From positions 362,348 to 426,347 of the forward strand of contig NMRA01000172.1 of NCBI GenBank assembly GCA_002633005.1: DNA of 64,000 nucleotides. The letters run 5' to 3'. Position 1 is the stretch's first letter. Each line of letters opens with the position of its first letter. Positions 1 to 12,045 of this stretch are shown here, one piece after another. Source of the DNA: Phoronis australis. Taxonomy: Eukaryota; Animalia; Phoronida. Position numbers and translations under genes: made by a program. The notes beneath the pieces are model-generated. The model was not told where the DNA came from, ran no database searches, and was given only the letters and a program-made list of their open reading frames with translations.

Positions 1-406
1 CATTCAAATTTTATTGTCCATGGAGGTATGAACTGTTATAAGGAAAGATAATTTGCCTTGTTAAGAACTCAAACATGAAACAAAACCGTGATAGATTTTG
101 AAGGGAGCTTCAAAAGAATAAAAACAAATACACTTTAATATTGATTAAAATACACAATTTCATTCTCATTCGATTATAAGTGGATGTTAGTTTACGTATT
201 CTAACCATTTGCAATCATACAGTAATTTTATTGCACGTTGAACGTCATTAAAGTATGAATTCATCAGTGTTTACATTGTTCGGACTGCGCTCCTAAGTAA
301 GTATTGATTATTCACCGCTTGGGGCGCTAGTGTTTCGACCGGTAACCATTGCGGCGAATGGTAAAATGGCGGAGTGAACTCTCCTATACTCGTACACTCC
401 TTGGTG

Positions 407-704
407 AAATCGTGGTGGTATAGTGGTAAATCACGCGCGCTCTATCCGCCAGGTTGTGAGTTCGAGTCTATGGTACTTGCAGTTTTTTCCTGTTTGACAC
501 GTTCTCCGTGTTTTTTGCCTTTTTTCTTCAATCTTGCTTCAGTAATCAAAGAAAATGCTTGATTTTTAGAGGAAAAAACAGAAAAATTTCCCCTCCCGAC
601 CTCCCCCCATTCAATGCTATGCGCATCTACAGTCGTGGTTTGCGCAAATGCTTACAGCCGGACAAAATTTTGCCCCCCCTTGTGATATCCTAAATCCGCC
701 ACTA
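407..704 (+). mobile_element. 3' part of hAT-like non-autonomous element (same family as 13023-13974), includes tRNA-like head
   Basis: High similarity to 13661-13974; ends in TAAATCCGCCACTA like the other GGCGGA-terminated MITEs; absent from the paralogous GH1 intron at ~30005-30015. Confidence 0.7.
411..478 (+). other. tRNA-derived Pol III promoter-like head (A box/B box)
   Basis: A-box-like TGGTATAGTGG at 416-426 and B-box GTTCGAGTC at 460-468 with tRNA-like spacing; no convincing full cloverleaf; second copy at 13664-13731. Confidence 0.5.
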
Positions 705-1070
705 GAAAGTTATTTTAACATACCTTTCATCATCCTGTTTATGTAATATTTGTAGTAAAATATTCGGTAGTCGTCAGTCATACTGGAGTTCCTATCTGAC
801 ATGCCGCTTTCTGTAATGTAGATGGGAAAGTCACCATAGGGATTCTTGATCCAGTTAAGCATTGGTCGAAATCCTCAAGGGACTACATGCAACCAAGTGG
901 ACCTCGATCTATTAAAACATTAAAAAAATATGTATTAATTAATAAAAGATGATGTTAGACTGATGTCTACGCTATCGTGTGAAAGACCGCTCAGACGTTT
1001 TGATGACAGTGGGTTGTGTTACAGCCTTGCTAATAACTGAGTTAAAAAGTTACAGTGAACAGGCAGGCTC

Positions 1071-1197
1071 CATAGGCGGATCTAAGATCTTACTACGGCG
1101 GGTGGGGGGCAACCGAAAGTCCAAAGACCAAATTAACGTTTGCAATAGTTTTAAAATGTTAAAACCTATGACCAGATGCCACTTAAATCCGTCTATG
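1071..1197. mobile_element. short MITE (CATAGGCGGATCTAA...TTAAATCCGTCTATG)
   Basis: Imperfect terminal inverted repeat; paralogous copy at ~30356-30478, so it predates the duplication. Confidence 0.55.
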
Positions 1198-1391
1198 TTC
1201 ATTACCTGTATGTCACATACTTATGGATAAGTTCGGCGCTGACCACCAATTACGAAAGCCATTCGGGGTCTGACGAGACATCGTGATCTTGATCGGAATA
1301 ATGGCTGGCTGCGTCCTTGGTAGTCTTTATCTCTTTGTAGTTGCTATACTTAGTAGTGTAGTGATTAAAGCTGAATAACCTACCGACCCTA

Positions 1392-1884
1392 GGTGTTAGT
1401 GAATCGTCTTTATGTTCTTTCTGTGAGCAACATGAAGAAACAATTCTACATTTGTACTGGGAATGTTCACTTGTTCAGAAGTTTTGGAGATGTTTAAGAA
1501 CATGGATGATAAATCAGTGCAATTTCCCTCTGCAGTTAAATATGTCTTCCGCCTTGTTTGGAGATCCAGCCTGTAGATTAGAAGCTGTAAATTTAATTCT
1601 TTGCTTAGCGAAATTCCATTTATATAGACAAAGATTACAAAAGACTAAGCCCAATTTTCAGTCATTTTTACGTGAGGTATATGATTACTACAACCTGGAA
1701 AAAATTATTTACAATGATAAATTGGATCTTGAGAGATTCCAGGCAAGGTGGTCTTTTTTGCCTAACCAGCTTCTATAGGGTCCTGATAATGTTCGTAATT
1801 TGTCTGATGTACACTAAACTAGATGTCATATTGTCGCACAACTATGTACTGGTTGGTTGAGTTAATAAATATCTCAAAAAAAAA
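1392..1884 (+). mobile_element. 5'-truncated L1/Tx1-clade LINE (ORF2 C-terminal CCHC zinc knuckle, poly-A tail)
   Basis: Reads GVSESSLCSFCEQHEETILHLYWEC... to stop 1778; AATAAA at 1864; A-tail; 15-bp TSD AACCTACCGACCCTA at 1377-1391 and 1885-1899; empty site at 30660-30675. Confidence 0.9.
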
Positions 1885-4625
1885 AACCTACCGACCCTAC
1901 AACAAAAGTATTAATATTGACAACCCACGGCGACAAACGACTTAGCGGTGCCAGCTTATGCATAAGGTTTTGCCCTCAGACTTTATACGAAAGTTACTAA
2001 AACGTTCACATCATGTGAAATTGTTAACTTTTGGTAAATCCAGTCAGGCTGACTGACCAGGCTTCGTTATTCCGACAAACGTTCTTGACGTCACTTACTC
2101 CAACAAAAAGCTACTTGTTGCACTGGTAAGAAACGAGTTTGATTTTGACAAGATTTCTGAATACATTTTGTAAAGACACAATAAGCGGGGGCTTGGGGTT
2201 CAGGCCACTCACGAAGCTGGAGGAGACAGCGTCCCCACTAGGGGGTTTGGCGGACAGGATTCCAGATGCAGACTGAGGGGAGACCGACGTGAAATTGGTG
2301 TTGACTGGGCGGACGAGGTAACCGTGTAGCGGCGGTGATAAANTCTTCGGGGAATGTGTCTTCCACATTATGCTTGTCGAGTTCATGATCCCGATAAATA
2401 TTCGGTTTAGTAGGTTTTCAAGTTAGGAGGGTACCGGTGGTTATGACCAGATTTTAGATACGCCAACTGTTTCTTGTCTCCTAACCCTTGGTTTTAATTT
2501 GAGTACGTGAAGCTGAGTGAATGGATAGGGATCCATGGGGTCTATTACTTTAGGCTTACGATAGAAATTTGGTCATACACTCCACGCAACTATTCCTGAA
2601 AAATAATTAAATCTCAAACGTGCAAAGACTGATAATATCCACATAACTTCTAGTCTCTGAGATCATTTCTATTAAGTATTTCCTGAGAGCGATGCGCTCA
2701 TAATTGCTTGTTTAAACTTTAAATTTATTTAGTAGTAGTGAGCTTGGAGGGCAAGATCGAATTTCTGTCTGAAGTCTTAAAGCACTTTCACAAAAAGGAC
2801 CCCTAGTGGTGATACCTGTAAATGATTGGAAGAGAGATGTCTCATCAAAGTTAGTAACTCGTGAGATGAGCAAAACAGTTGTAGCAAATATTCAACAGTA
2901 TAATTAACATTGTTTTACCCTTAATCATCTTCTTCTCTTCATCGGAAAACTGTGGCAGTCTACTCTCTGTTCCTTCCATCTTGCAATGTTTCTTTACATA
3001 CAATTTGTCAACGTAGAAACATCTAGAAATCAATCGATAGAGGCTAACATTGTAGCAGAACGAGAACAAAAATCGGAAGACGAGAAAATGCAGTGCACAT
3101 ACCAAAATACCAAATAACGTTAAAAATGTATACTTACATCATGAAAACCTCGTTACTATAAAATCAGCTAACGAAAAACGCACCTGCAGTGCACTGTTGT
3201 AGATCATGGATAACGAATGTCAAGACTGTGGCGGGAAAACATATTCAAAAGCCAATGTCACGTAACCAACGGTGGAAACGAGATACAGCATACGGAGGTC
3301 GTTAAAAATGCACACAACTACCCAAACAATACTATGTACATCTAACGTAAATTATTGGGTGCCCATTCAATTGACCTTGCACTGTGCTATGAATTTGTTG
3401 ACATTGTTTTGAAATGCTTATCGTTCTTCGTTTGAAACGCAAATTTTCTTCAAGTTATGGTAACGTGTCACAACAGGAAACGCATTTTTCTAAATTTAAT
3501 GTATTAATTGTGTTTTTGATTCATGTTTTGTGACTTTGCACTTTCTACTCTAGGTTATATCAAAGCACAAATGTGAAGAATTGATAACCGATTAACAGAT
3601 ATACGTTACATTTGGATTATGAAGTGAGAATCAATAGACTCATTGGAAAACATGCATTTTCCAATGCTTCCTGGACAGAAATATTTTGGTCAAATTCCAT
3701 GAAACTTCACCAAAAATTTAGCTAATCATACTGCCACCAGGGCTTCCATCAGTAGTCGAAATATCAAAAAATTGACGTCAACCGATTCCATGACCATAGA
3801 ACATGTTTCCAAATATTAAAGAAGCCTTTCATGGGATTTACAAGCTGCTACTGAGTGCCCGCAGTAACGGACTTTAAAATACGTCATGCTATGTACGTCA
3901 GCTGTTGTTTGAAAACAAAAAAAATCGTAGACAGCAAACTGATAGAAATCGACATCTGAAATCAACAGCATCCGCAAACAGGCTCCCGGATCACCTCAGA
4001 AATAGCTAAAATTAAATACAAAAAACGGCAAAATTTACCTAGTTTTGGCACTCTAATGAAGGTTATCGGAAACTCCTTAAAATGCAGACTGGCTTCAGAT
4101 ATATAGGTTGAGTGTTATCTAAACACCTTCTTTTAAAGCGTTTCAAAACTACTGTTACTTACGGAACGTCTTTGAACGAAAACTAAGCTATTTTGGGCAA
4201 AAATTTCATGATAATCTTACTTAAAAAATAATGGCCCAAAAATTCGATATGAAGATTTGAACGTATCACGCTTGAAAAGTATGAAAACATTTTTCTTTTT
4301 CAGGATCCGTGTTTGTAACTCTAGTGTCGACCTTTTGGTGCTCTCGTGGAATGGCAGTTTACTGGTTCTGCTTGGGTACATTTAAATTACTGGATTCACA
4401 CGAGTTGCCTCTAATATTTTTGTTTATGGAGATGGGGTGTAACAATACCCTTTCGCATACACGCGACTAATGGAAGTTGGACAAAATCTGAGCTCTGATT
4501 TCAAAAACAAATTTCATGTCGCAAATGTGACCTGAAATCCCCTTAGTTCGAGTCCTGCCTGGAAGTACCTACTAACGTTATTGGCAACATGTCTTCTCTT
4601 TCAGAATATCACTTTCGTCACCAAC

Positions 4626-5516
4626 ATGAATTCTTCTCCGTTCATCAACACGTCGTCCACTAAACCGATTCTGCACTACGACATCGCTCTTGGTTTACAA
4701 GTTTACTACGGAATAACTTCAATTATATCATTTGTAGCGAACGTTATGTTGCTCTCTACAATTTATACTCGATATCCACTGCATGCACCTGGATATTTTC
4801 TCGTAGCTAGTTTGGCTGTAGGTGATATGTGTTTTCCGCTAACACATTGGATAAATTTAATCGCTGCGGAATTTCTTCATGAAAATGAAATTATCTGTAG
4901 TATGATGGCATTTTTCCAGAATTTCTTAGGAGTTCAATCAATGGCAAATCTATTGAGTATTAGTATTGAGCGTTACTACGCATGTATACACCCTATACAT
5001 TATTCTCTCAAGATAATGTTACGCGTGACAGTATATATGATCGCTGCATCCTGGTTGTTTCCAGCGGTTTTTACGAGCTTGCCCCTGTTTGGCGTGGGAG
5101 AATATGAATTCGATGCATATTTGAATATCTGTCAGTTTGACTGGAGTCGAAAAAATGTTGGAACTTACGCTGTCATCGGTTTAATGGGAGCCATTTTCTA
5201 TCCAACAAGTTTTATAATGTTCTGGTGTTACGCTCAGATCCTTAGAGAAGCAAGGAAACTTGCGAAAACTCCAGCGCCGATGCATACTGACGTTCTGTCG
5301 TTGTTCCCATATGTGGGTTCGCGCACAGCTAAACGATTAACGAACAGTTCGGACAAGCAGTACCGGATTGTGCAACTGGCAGAAATGGCGTCACTACCTT
5401 TATACAACGTGTGCAATTTCCTTAATCCTATTCTTTATGGGTTGGTACACAAGACAGTGCGTAACGAGGTGTTTATGATGCTGAAAATTTTCAGACAAAA
5501 AATAAGAGGATATTAA
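4626..5516 (+). CDS. class A (rhodopsin-like) GPCR paralog 1, opsin/GPR161-like, with 27-aa in-frame deletion of ICL3/TM6 (possible pseudogene)
   Basis: LAVGD (TM2), ERY (TM3), W...LPLFG (TM4), ECL2 Cys, NPILY (TM7); ATG at 4626 after a polypyrimidine-AG acceptor (4603-4604); 81 bp missing at ~5293 relative to both paralogs. Confidence 0.85.
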   Translation: MNSSPFINTSSTKPILHYDIALGLQVYYGITSIISFVANVMLLSTIYTRYPLHAPGYFLVASLAVGDMCFPLTHWINLIAAEFLHENEIICSMMAFFQNFLGVQSMANLLSISIERYYACIHPIHYSLKIMLRVTVYMIAASWLFPAVFTSLPLFGVGEYEFDAYLNICQFDWSRKNVGTYAVIGLMGAIFYPTSFIMFWCYAQILREARKLAKTPAPMHTDVLSLFPYVGSRTAKRLTNSSDKQYRIVQLAEMASLPLYNVCNFLNPILYGLVHKTVRNEVFMMLKIFRQKIRGY

Positions 5517-8500
5517 GAGAACACTACATTTTAAATTACAGCATTATTTCAACATGGTGATTGGTACCACAGGTGTCTGACTGACGTTATTGCTCACCAA
5601 AGCCAGTCTAACGTTTGTTCCATGGCCAGTTCACACGTTGCTTCGAAAAAAAAACTAATTTGATGGAGAGAAACAAGTAGTCAAGGAAAACAACACTGTC
5701 CAATCAGCCTATACAACCGTTGACCATAGAGTACGAAGAAAACGATTGTAATAAACAGTTTCTGGAAAGCAAAGACCTCGAAAACACAAACCTCAAAAAG
5801 CACATTATTGGCTCGTTATAAGCCTGCTTTCTGATCCAGTCCACTTAATGTAGAGCACAATAGGCTACAGGCGTTATTTTCCGTAGCAAGGCGAGCTAAT
5901 TCTTGTGTTTCGCGTGTATTTTTGGTCAAATCAAGGTATTTGGTCCTCTAAATTTTTCTTGAAAATTAGCTTTAATTGAAAGTTGGTATCTAGGTAATCA
6001 AATGTTTGAATTTTGTTGCACCACTAATTGAAATTTTGCCACTTTCAGCAGTCTTGAACTAAGAAATTTTTTTAATTAGAATTTTCTTATTTCAGTCTAA
6101 AGTTGATTTTGAGACAGGCATTATAAGTTAAGAATTGGTAGAACTAACTTTGGTAATTAGTTGACAAAACAACTTTGATGGACAGACTGAACAAGCCATA
6201 AAGGAAAACAACGCTGTCAAATGAGCCAATACAACCATTGGCCATAACGTGCGAGAAAGGGGTTTTAATAAGCACACGTCTGGAAAACAAAGACTTCGAA
6301 AACATACATGTTCCACAAAAAGCAGGTCATTCCCTCGTTATGAGCCTACTTTCTGATCCAGTCAGCTTAACAGAGCAAAATAGGTAACAGATGTTCCTTC
6401 CGTATTAAGGCGAGTTCCTTGTTGTGTTTCGCCAGTATAATGGGTCAAATCAAGGTATTTGGTCCTCTAAAATATTTTTTAAAAAATAACTTTTAGTCTT
6501 GAAAGTATGTATCTAGGTAATCGAATGCCTGACATTTGTTGTACCACACAAGACACTTTGAAATTTTTCCACAATCAGCAGTTTTTGTCCAAAAAATAAG
6601 AAAATTGCGTCGCAGACAAGATTTTTTAATAAAAAAAATTAACAAATTTATCTTATTTTCAGTCTAAACTTGATTTTGGGACAGCTATTTTCTCACACTT
6701 GGACAAAGTTAAAATTTGGAAGAGCAAATTTTGGTAATTTCTTTTCTCCTAGTTAACTAATCAAATGACAATTTTCCGTCCTCGACATTTTGGAGTATGA
6801 AAAGTTAGATTTAGAGAAAAAAATTGATGATCGTATTTGCAGTAAACTACCGATTCTCTAATAAGTTAAAGATAAAAATAAGACATCAAAGATTGAAAAT
6901 CAGTGAACTACAACTGTTTGAATTAAATTAGTCCAAAGCATGTCACGGACGGAAGATTCTGCTGAGGACGGAATTTCTGAAAGTACATAAATGTTGTTAT
7001 CTACTTTATAACGTTCTTCTTCTTCTTCCAGCTCTCGTTAGACAACATACCAAATGTGTATCGTTTAACTGAACAAGATACAGTTGTGTGCTGTTATAGG
7101 TTATTTTAGCTTTGTGTTATCAGTGTTGGCAACATTTTCTCATTGAGGATGACAAGCTTAAAAACATGATGGCAAAATAGATCTCAGACCTGAAAAGTGA
7201 ACGCTTCTCAAACCTTTACCGACTATGTTAAGCAGCTTTGAAAGAAATGAAATATGATGTTAAGTAAGGACATTTTAATAAAGTAATCTCAAAAGTAAAA
7301 CACATGATCTGATGCCGCCAAAATGAAGTTCTTGCACGGCTAAATTTAAGATACGCAAGTCACTTTTACTTAAGGTTCATCAAGTTCATTGTAGATCATA
7401 CATTATAAATGTCTGAGTTGAAGCTCAAATAAATACAAGAAAAAAATTTTTGATTATCTAATTCAGTTCGTCATTTGCTAAGTTTTAGTTGCATGTTACA
7501 AGTGAGAGACAGAACATGTTCTGAACCTGTTTATCGTTGGAAAATATCAATATACAAGACGGTATGCAAACGAATTGTCCAATCGCAGCTGGAATAGGAA
7601 GTGTGGCACCCGATAAATTACTTGCGAACGTACGCTAAGTGAAGTTGACAAGAATGTACAATTTAAAGTTTTGTATCAGCTTGACTATTTTTTTTGGACT
7701 TAAATTTCTGACATATACAGTAGAAACATGGCCATAAACGTCTCTCTAAAGTAGAACATGCCGTGTTCTTAACGGCACATAGTGATGGGGGGAGGGTGCT
7801 GGTGAGCTTACTGAAGTGCACGTGCACCTGCATGTTTGTATTGTTGCGGCTAGAATATTGCTGTCGAAATAACTTAGGAAGATGACGTAATAATCATATA
7901 AATACTTAGTATAGATAGTTGAATATAGCATTTTTTATCAACATAAGATATTTTCCTTCCATTTGTACATTGGAATCTTTGAATATAACGTCGATACCTA
8001 ATTTAATAATATTCAACTACTTTTTGTAAAAAATCACAAAAATATTGTTTAAAATCAGATTTAATTTTTTATCAAACTCATAAATAGAGTACTTCACTAC
8101 TCACTGAATGCTTTGAAATGCTGTAAAAGATGATTTCAAATGTAAATTTTGTTTAAAATCTTTATGCACAAATTTGTCGGCCGCAACATTCCCTCTGCGG
8201 CGCTCGGTGGTAGTATTTATTTCCAGAAATACCGGCCAAAATCAAAATTTTCCAAAATCAGCTTAGTAGTGTTCAAAAACGGACTGAATCTCGTGAAAAA
8301 TATAGCATTGATTTACTGAATTTGCTAAAGTAGTACAACTTTAGAGATAAATTTCAAATTCAAAATGAAGAAAAATTTCCATTCCGAATGCGACTACCAT
8401 TTAATGCCCCTAATTAAGCTAATACACACAATCTAGCGAAAAGTTTGGGATTATTGTCAAAGACCATCAACTCCATCAGAAAGTCTAAAACATTCAGTTC

Positions 8501-8589
8501 TATCAGATGTAGAAGTTTTTCTGGAGGGCCTTAAAAAGTCAAAATTCCGTTCGCTACGCCGACTGCTTCTTGTGATGTAACCCTACTCA

Positions 8590-11220
8590 CGATCTCATTA
8601 GAACACACTTACTGTGCTGAGGCGATGGACTATGAACGGAGACTGTTCGTAAACACACGGAGCGCGAGCATGGCAAAACCGTCGGTTGATATCGCACTAA
8701 TGTAACGACATCCGGCGTTGGCCTTTGTCAGTGCGTTTTATATCTACGAAATTCCCAATCTAGTAATTATTAACGCGTTTGGAACTGACTCGATTACTCT
8801 TCAATTCCTACAGCGAATTAGTTTATTCTGCAAACATAAATGCGTGTAGTGTATGCTGTTCCTCTAATGTATAGAGTAAATAGACATCGTAGCATTTCAT
8901 AGCTGAAAAAGATAAGCAAGTGTAAGGAATCGTGATTGTTCCCACCGAACTGGGCTAGCTACAAAAATCAATGCCTGAGGGGAATAAGACGACAATTTTT
9001 GTAAGTTATAGGCTGCTGTCATGAGTTGAATTACTCTGTGTGTGTCTATATCACCTCCTGTTCTGTCCACCACACTGCGCCGAGAGACGTCGCGTTAACC
9101 TTTGCGATGACACAAATGGATCTTGCCACGGGTGTGTATCGCTACACATCACATTACAGTGGTGCCTGTAAAGAAGTGCCAAAGCCGTCTGACTACTTTG
9201 CAGTCTTCCTTGTAATGAACTTTTTATGGTGTTAATAAGTGCAAATGCTCAGGAAATCCATGGATGCAATGCGTCTTCAGGCTTTACAGATGCAACCAAC
9301 CTTTAATTGAAGCCGGCAGCTGAGCGAGTGACAATATCAATTAATATGTTGATTCGTTGATTCAGTGGTGGATGACGGAAAACTATGAGACTTTATGCAG
9401 ATTCCAATATGAAGTGCATCAAATAGTTTTATAAGATTTTTGGTCAGACATATTTTGTGGAATGGGGACTCCGGAAGTTGCATAGAATGATGTTGCCGCA
9501 ACTGGTAAGCCGATAAGTATCCTGGCTACCATTTTAACAGATAGGATCATAAAAGTTATTAAATAACAAAAAGCACGATGTTTGACATCATCTGTCTCGT
9601 CATATCGCGTACATGTATTTGTTCGACTGTGTTACACCTGAAATATCGCACAGTACCAGGTCGCTCCTCACATGCAGCTAATTGCTTAATCTTTTACTGT
9701 CAAGAAACAGAATGGGTTTTCCTGTCAGTTATGTTCTTGACTCAAGAATGTGGAATGCTCTCCCTGAACAGTAAACGGACAACTCGTTTCATCCATTTTA
9801 AGAAAAATTTTACCATTTTCCTGAAAGTAATTGAAATTTATTCATTTAACCACACGATGTCCTTCAATTGTTGAGGTAAAAGATCACCTCCTATTTTGAG
9901 TGTATTCCTGAAAACAATCTTGTAAATAAACACGAGTAACAGCTATAATAAACCCGCCTTCCATCACAAAAACCATCTTTTGATCAAGATCTGCCATTTT
10001 TCTTTTACGAAACTGAACAGGACTCAAATTGTTCGTTCGTCAAACTGGAGGTGGTTCCGCGGTATCAAACAAATTGTAGAACATCGGACCGCCTGTTGTT
10101 GTTTTTGTAAATTTGATCTCAACCTTTGCCTCCCTCAGATTAAAAGATGTTTCTGGTTTGCAAATGACTTCCACATTACTTTATTCCTCAAGATCAACCA
10201 TGTTGGACTCACCTCATTTTTACTTCTGGCCATGACAGTAGGTGTTCATGACTGATGGCTACTGCCACCTATTGGCTATTTATGATTCGTCTTGGCTTTG
10301 TCGGTAAACCAACCCTTAAATTCAAATAGGGTTGCTCTTTTTATTGGCTAGTATTTGCTCAGCTCTCCTGTAAGAGAGATATTAAAGTTAAAATTGAACA
10401 TGAAATCATGGAGGTCATTGGTTCTGATTTATTTAGCGCTGAAAACGTTCCTACATCCTCTACATTTTCGCCTTGGAATCTGTAACAGTAGGGTCTAATG
10501 ATTCCCCAGAGTGTCCTCAGCAGAAGTTGCTTCCATACACCGTGTACCCTGAGTGTAAAAGAAGACACATACCCAGACAAAGGTCCATAGCCGGGTAGAC
10601 TACATTTTTGTGTCATTATTTGGTATTCAGTGGCAGATCTACGTTTTCAGTAAAGGGGGCTTTAGGATTCGAGCGAACCGAGGCGTGTAGTGCCGAGCGG
10701 GGGGAAGGGGTAACCCCCTCCCGTTTAAGATTCTTGTGGTTTTTAGCAGCTGATTTCGTTTTTCTGCTGACATTTTTTCAATTTTGATTTTTTATCCCGG
10801 GGATTGAACCCTCTGAACCCCCCTGTAGATTCGCTTCTGGTATTTGGTCCAAGTTAGAGTTTACAGACGCAGGTGCTTTCGCTTTTCACTTACCTTCCTA
10901 CCCAGAAGGATCAGAACAAGTCTGGTCATTTCACTTGCGCTTCTGTTCCAATACGGTAATGGCCAGTGATTCCCCAGAAAAAGTGTCCACAGAAGACTAT
11001 GCTTTCTCTCACTGCCTTGTAATTCCTCTTAGGGGTCGACAAACCTCTTGAGGCAGATAAGCTATATTCTCACTCCCGCAAAGTCAAGAAGCGATTCCCA
11101 CAGACTAATGAGAAAGGCAAAATCTCATTCAAGATTTGCTTCATTCCCTGAGTTTCTTTCTACACCGTGTGGCTCAGGCTTAGGTCTTGCCCAACCCGTT
11201 TGTTGCGTGATGGAGGCACT
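8590..11220 (-). pseudogene. decayed unidentified coding-like sequence, copy 1
   Basis: Minus-strand frame MVARILIGLPVAATSFYATS... (ATG ~9532) with scattered stops; homologous to 14410-16520, 46040-48150 and 56065-56290; product not recognised. Confidence 0.35.
10628..10839. mobile_element. MITE with 5-bp TSD (hAT-like)
   Basis: Termini CAGTGGCAGATCTA...TAGATTCGCTTCTG; perfect TSD GTATT at 10623-10627 and 10840-10844. Confidence 0.75.
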
Positions 11221-12045
11221 GTGCCGAGATGTGTGGCAAGCTATGTACTGACAGACACGGCCGGCCAGCGGTGTCAGCTGAAAGTGGAGCAATAAGCAAA
11301 GCTAAGTACAGCAATTGCTGCTTACCACACTAGACGCTGCACCACAACCTGTTGTCAAACCACCAACACACATCAATTTTAAAGCCGCAAGCGGTCCAAA
11401 TCAAAAGTTCCCTTCTCTGACAGAAATGGGGTTTTAGTAGTCGTTTCAACGTTTGCCATCAGTAAGTTTGGCTTATACATGTACGTGCCTTCAAGTGACC
11501 TAGCAGGTAAACGAAAGTAGTAACCCATTAATCATTGGGATGTTGATTGGTACAAATTTAAACTGGGTAAGCTATTGAAGTAGTTTTAAATTTAAAATAT
11601 GTTTGACTGATTTCCAATTTTTGGAGACTATACTTTCACGCTTGTTGGGTTCTCATTCACGACGTGACCAAAATCCTAGTCGCGTTTGTAGATTTCAGGT
11701 TTCACTCGCGAAATGTTATGGACTGAAAAATACTCAACGTCCGGCGACTCGAGTGTTTTTATTTGCAATTTAATTGGCCCTTCTCAGTATTTAACTGGTT
11801 CTGCTAGACATATGAGGGCCACACGAATTACTCCTGTTTCTGTCATTTATGGATGGGAGTTTAAAAAACTGGTTCGCACACGGGCGAATTAATGCCATTT
11901 AGCCAAAATCTGAGCTCGCATTTCCAGACTTTAGGTTGCAAAATGTGACTTGTAGGTCAATAGGTCGGTCCCTACTTTGACGTTTAGACTAACACTGTTT
12001 GCAATACGTCTTCTCTTTCAGAATATCATTATCGCCATCAACAAC

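Larger units (their letters stand above)
724..2997 (-). pseudogene. GH1 beta-glucosidase pseudogene fragment (exons 6-8 of the gene at 28454-39531)
   Basis: Exon copies 2919-2997, ~1254-1388 and 724-908 match 31653-31731, 30534-30669 and 30032-30216, introns included. Lesions: TGG>TGA at 875-877, 1-bp deletion near 1375, acceptor AG>AT at 2998-2999, LINE insertion at the exon 7 acceptor. Confidence 0.9.
3365..11225 (+). repeat. segmental duplication of ~41355-48150 (GPCR plus flanks)
   Basis: Colinear similarity from CAATTGACCTTGC (3368/41358) through the GPCR to GGAGGCACT (11212/48138). Confidence 0.85.

Noticed and set aside
411-478. Functional tRNA gene
   Set aside because: No convincing acceptor or anticodon stem pairing; embedded in a repeat
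875-877. In-frame TGA as selenocysteine or readthrough in the GH1 copy
   Set aside because: It replaces a Trp codon and the copy has other inactivating lesions
4581-4625. TTG starts given in the ORF track for the GPCRs (4581, 11977, 42312)
   Set aside because: Eukaryotic locus; these codons lie upstream of a probable splice acceptor, so the downstream ATGs were used
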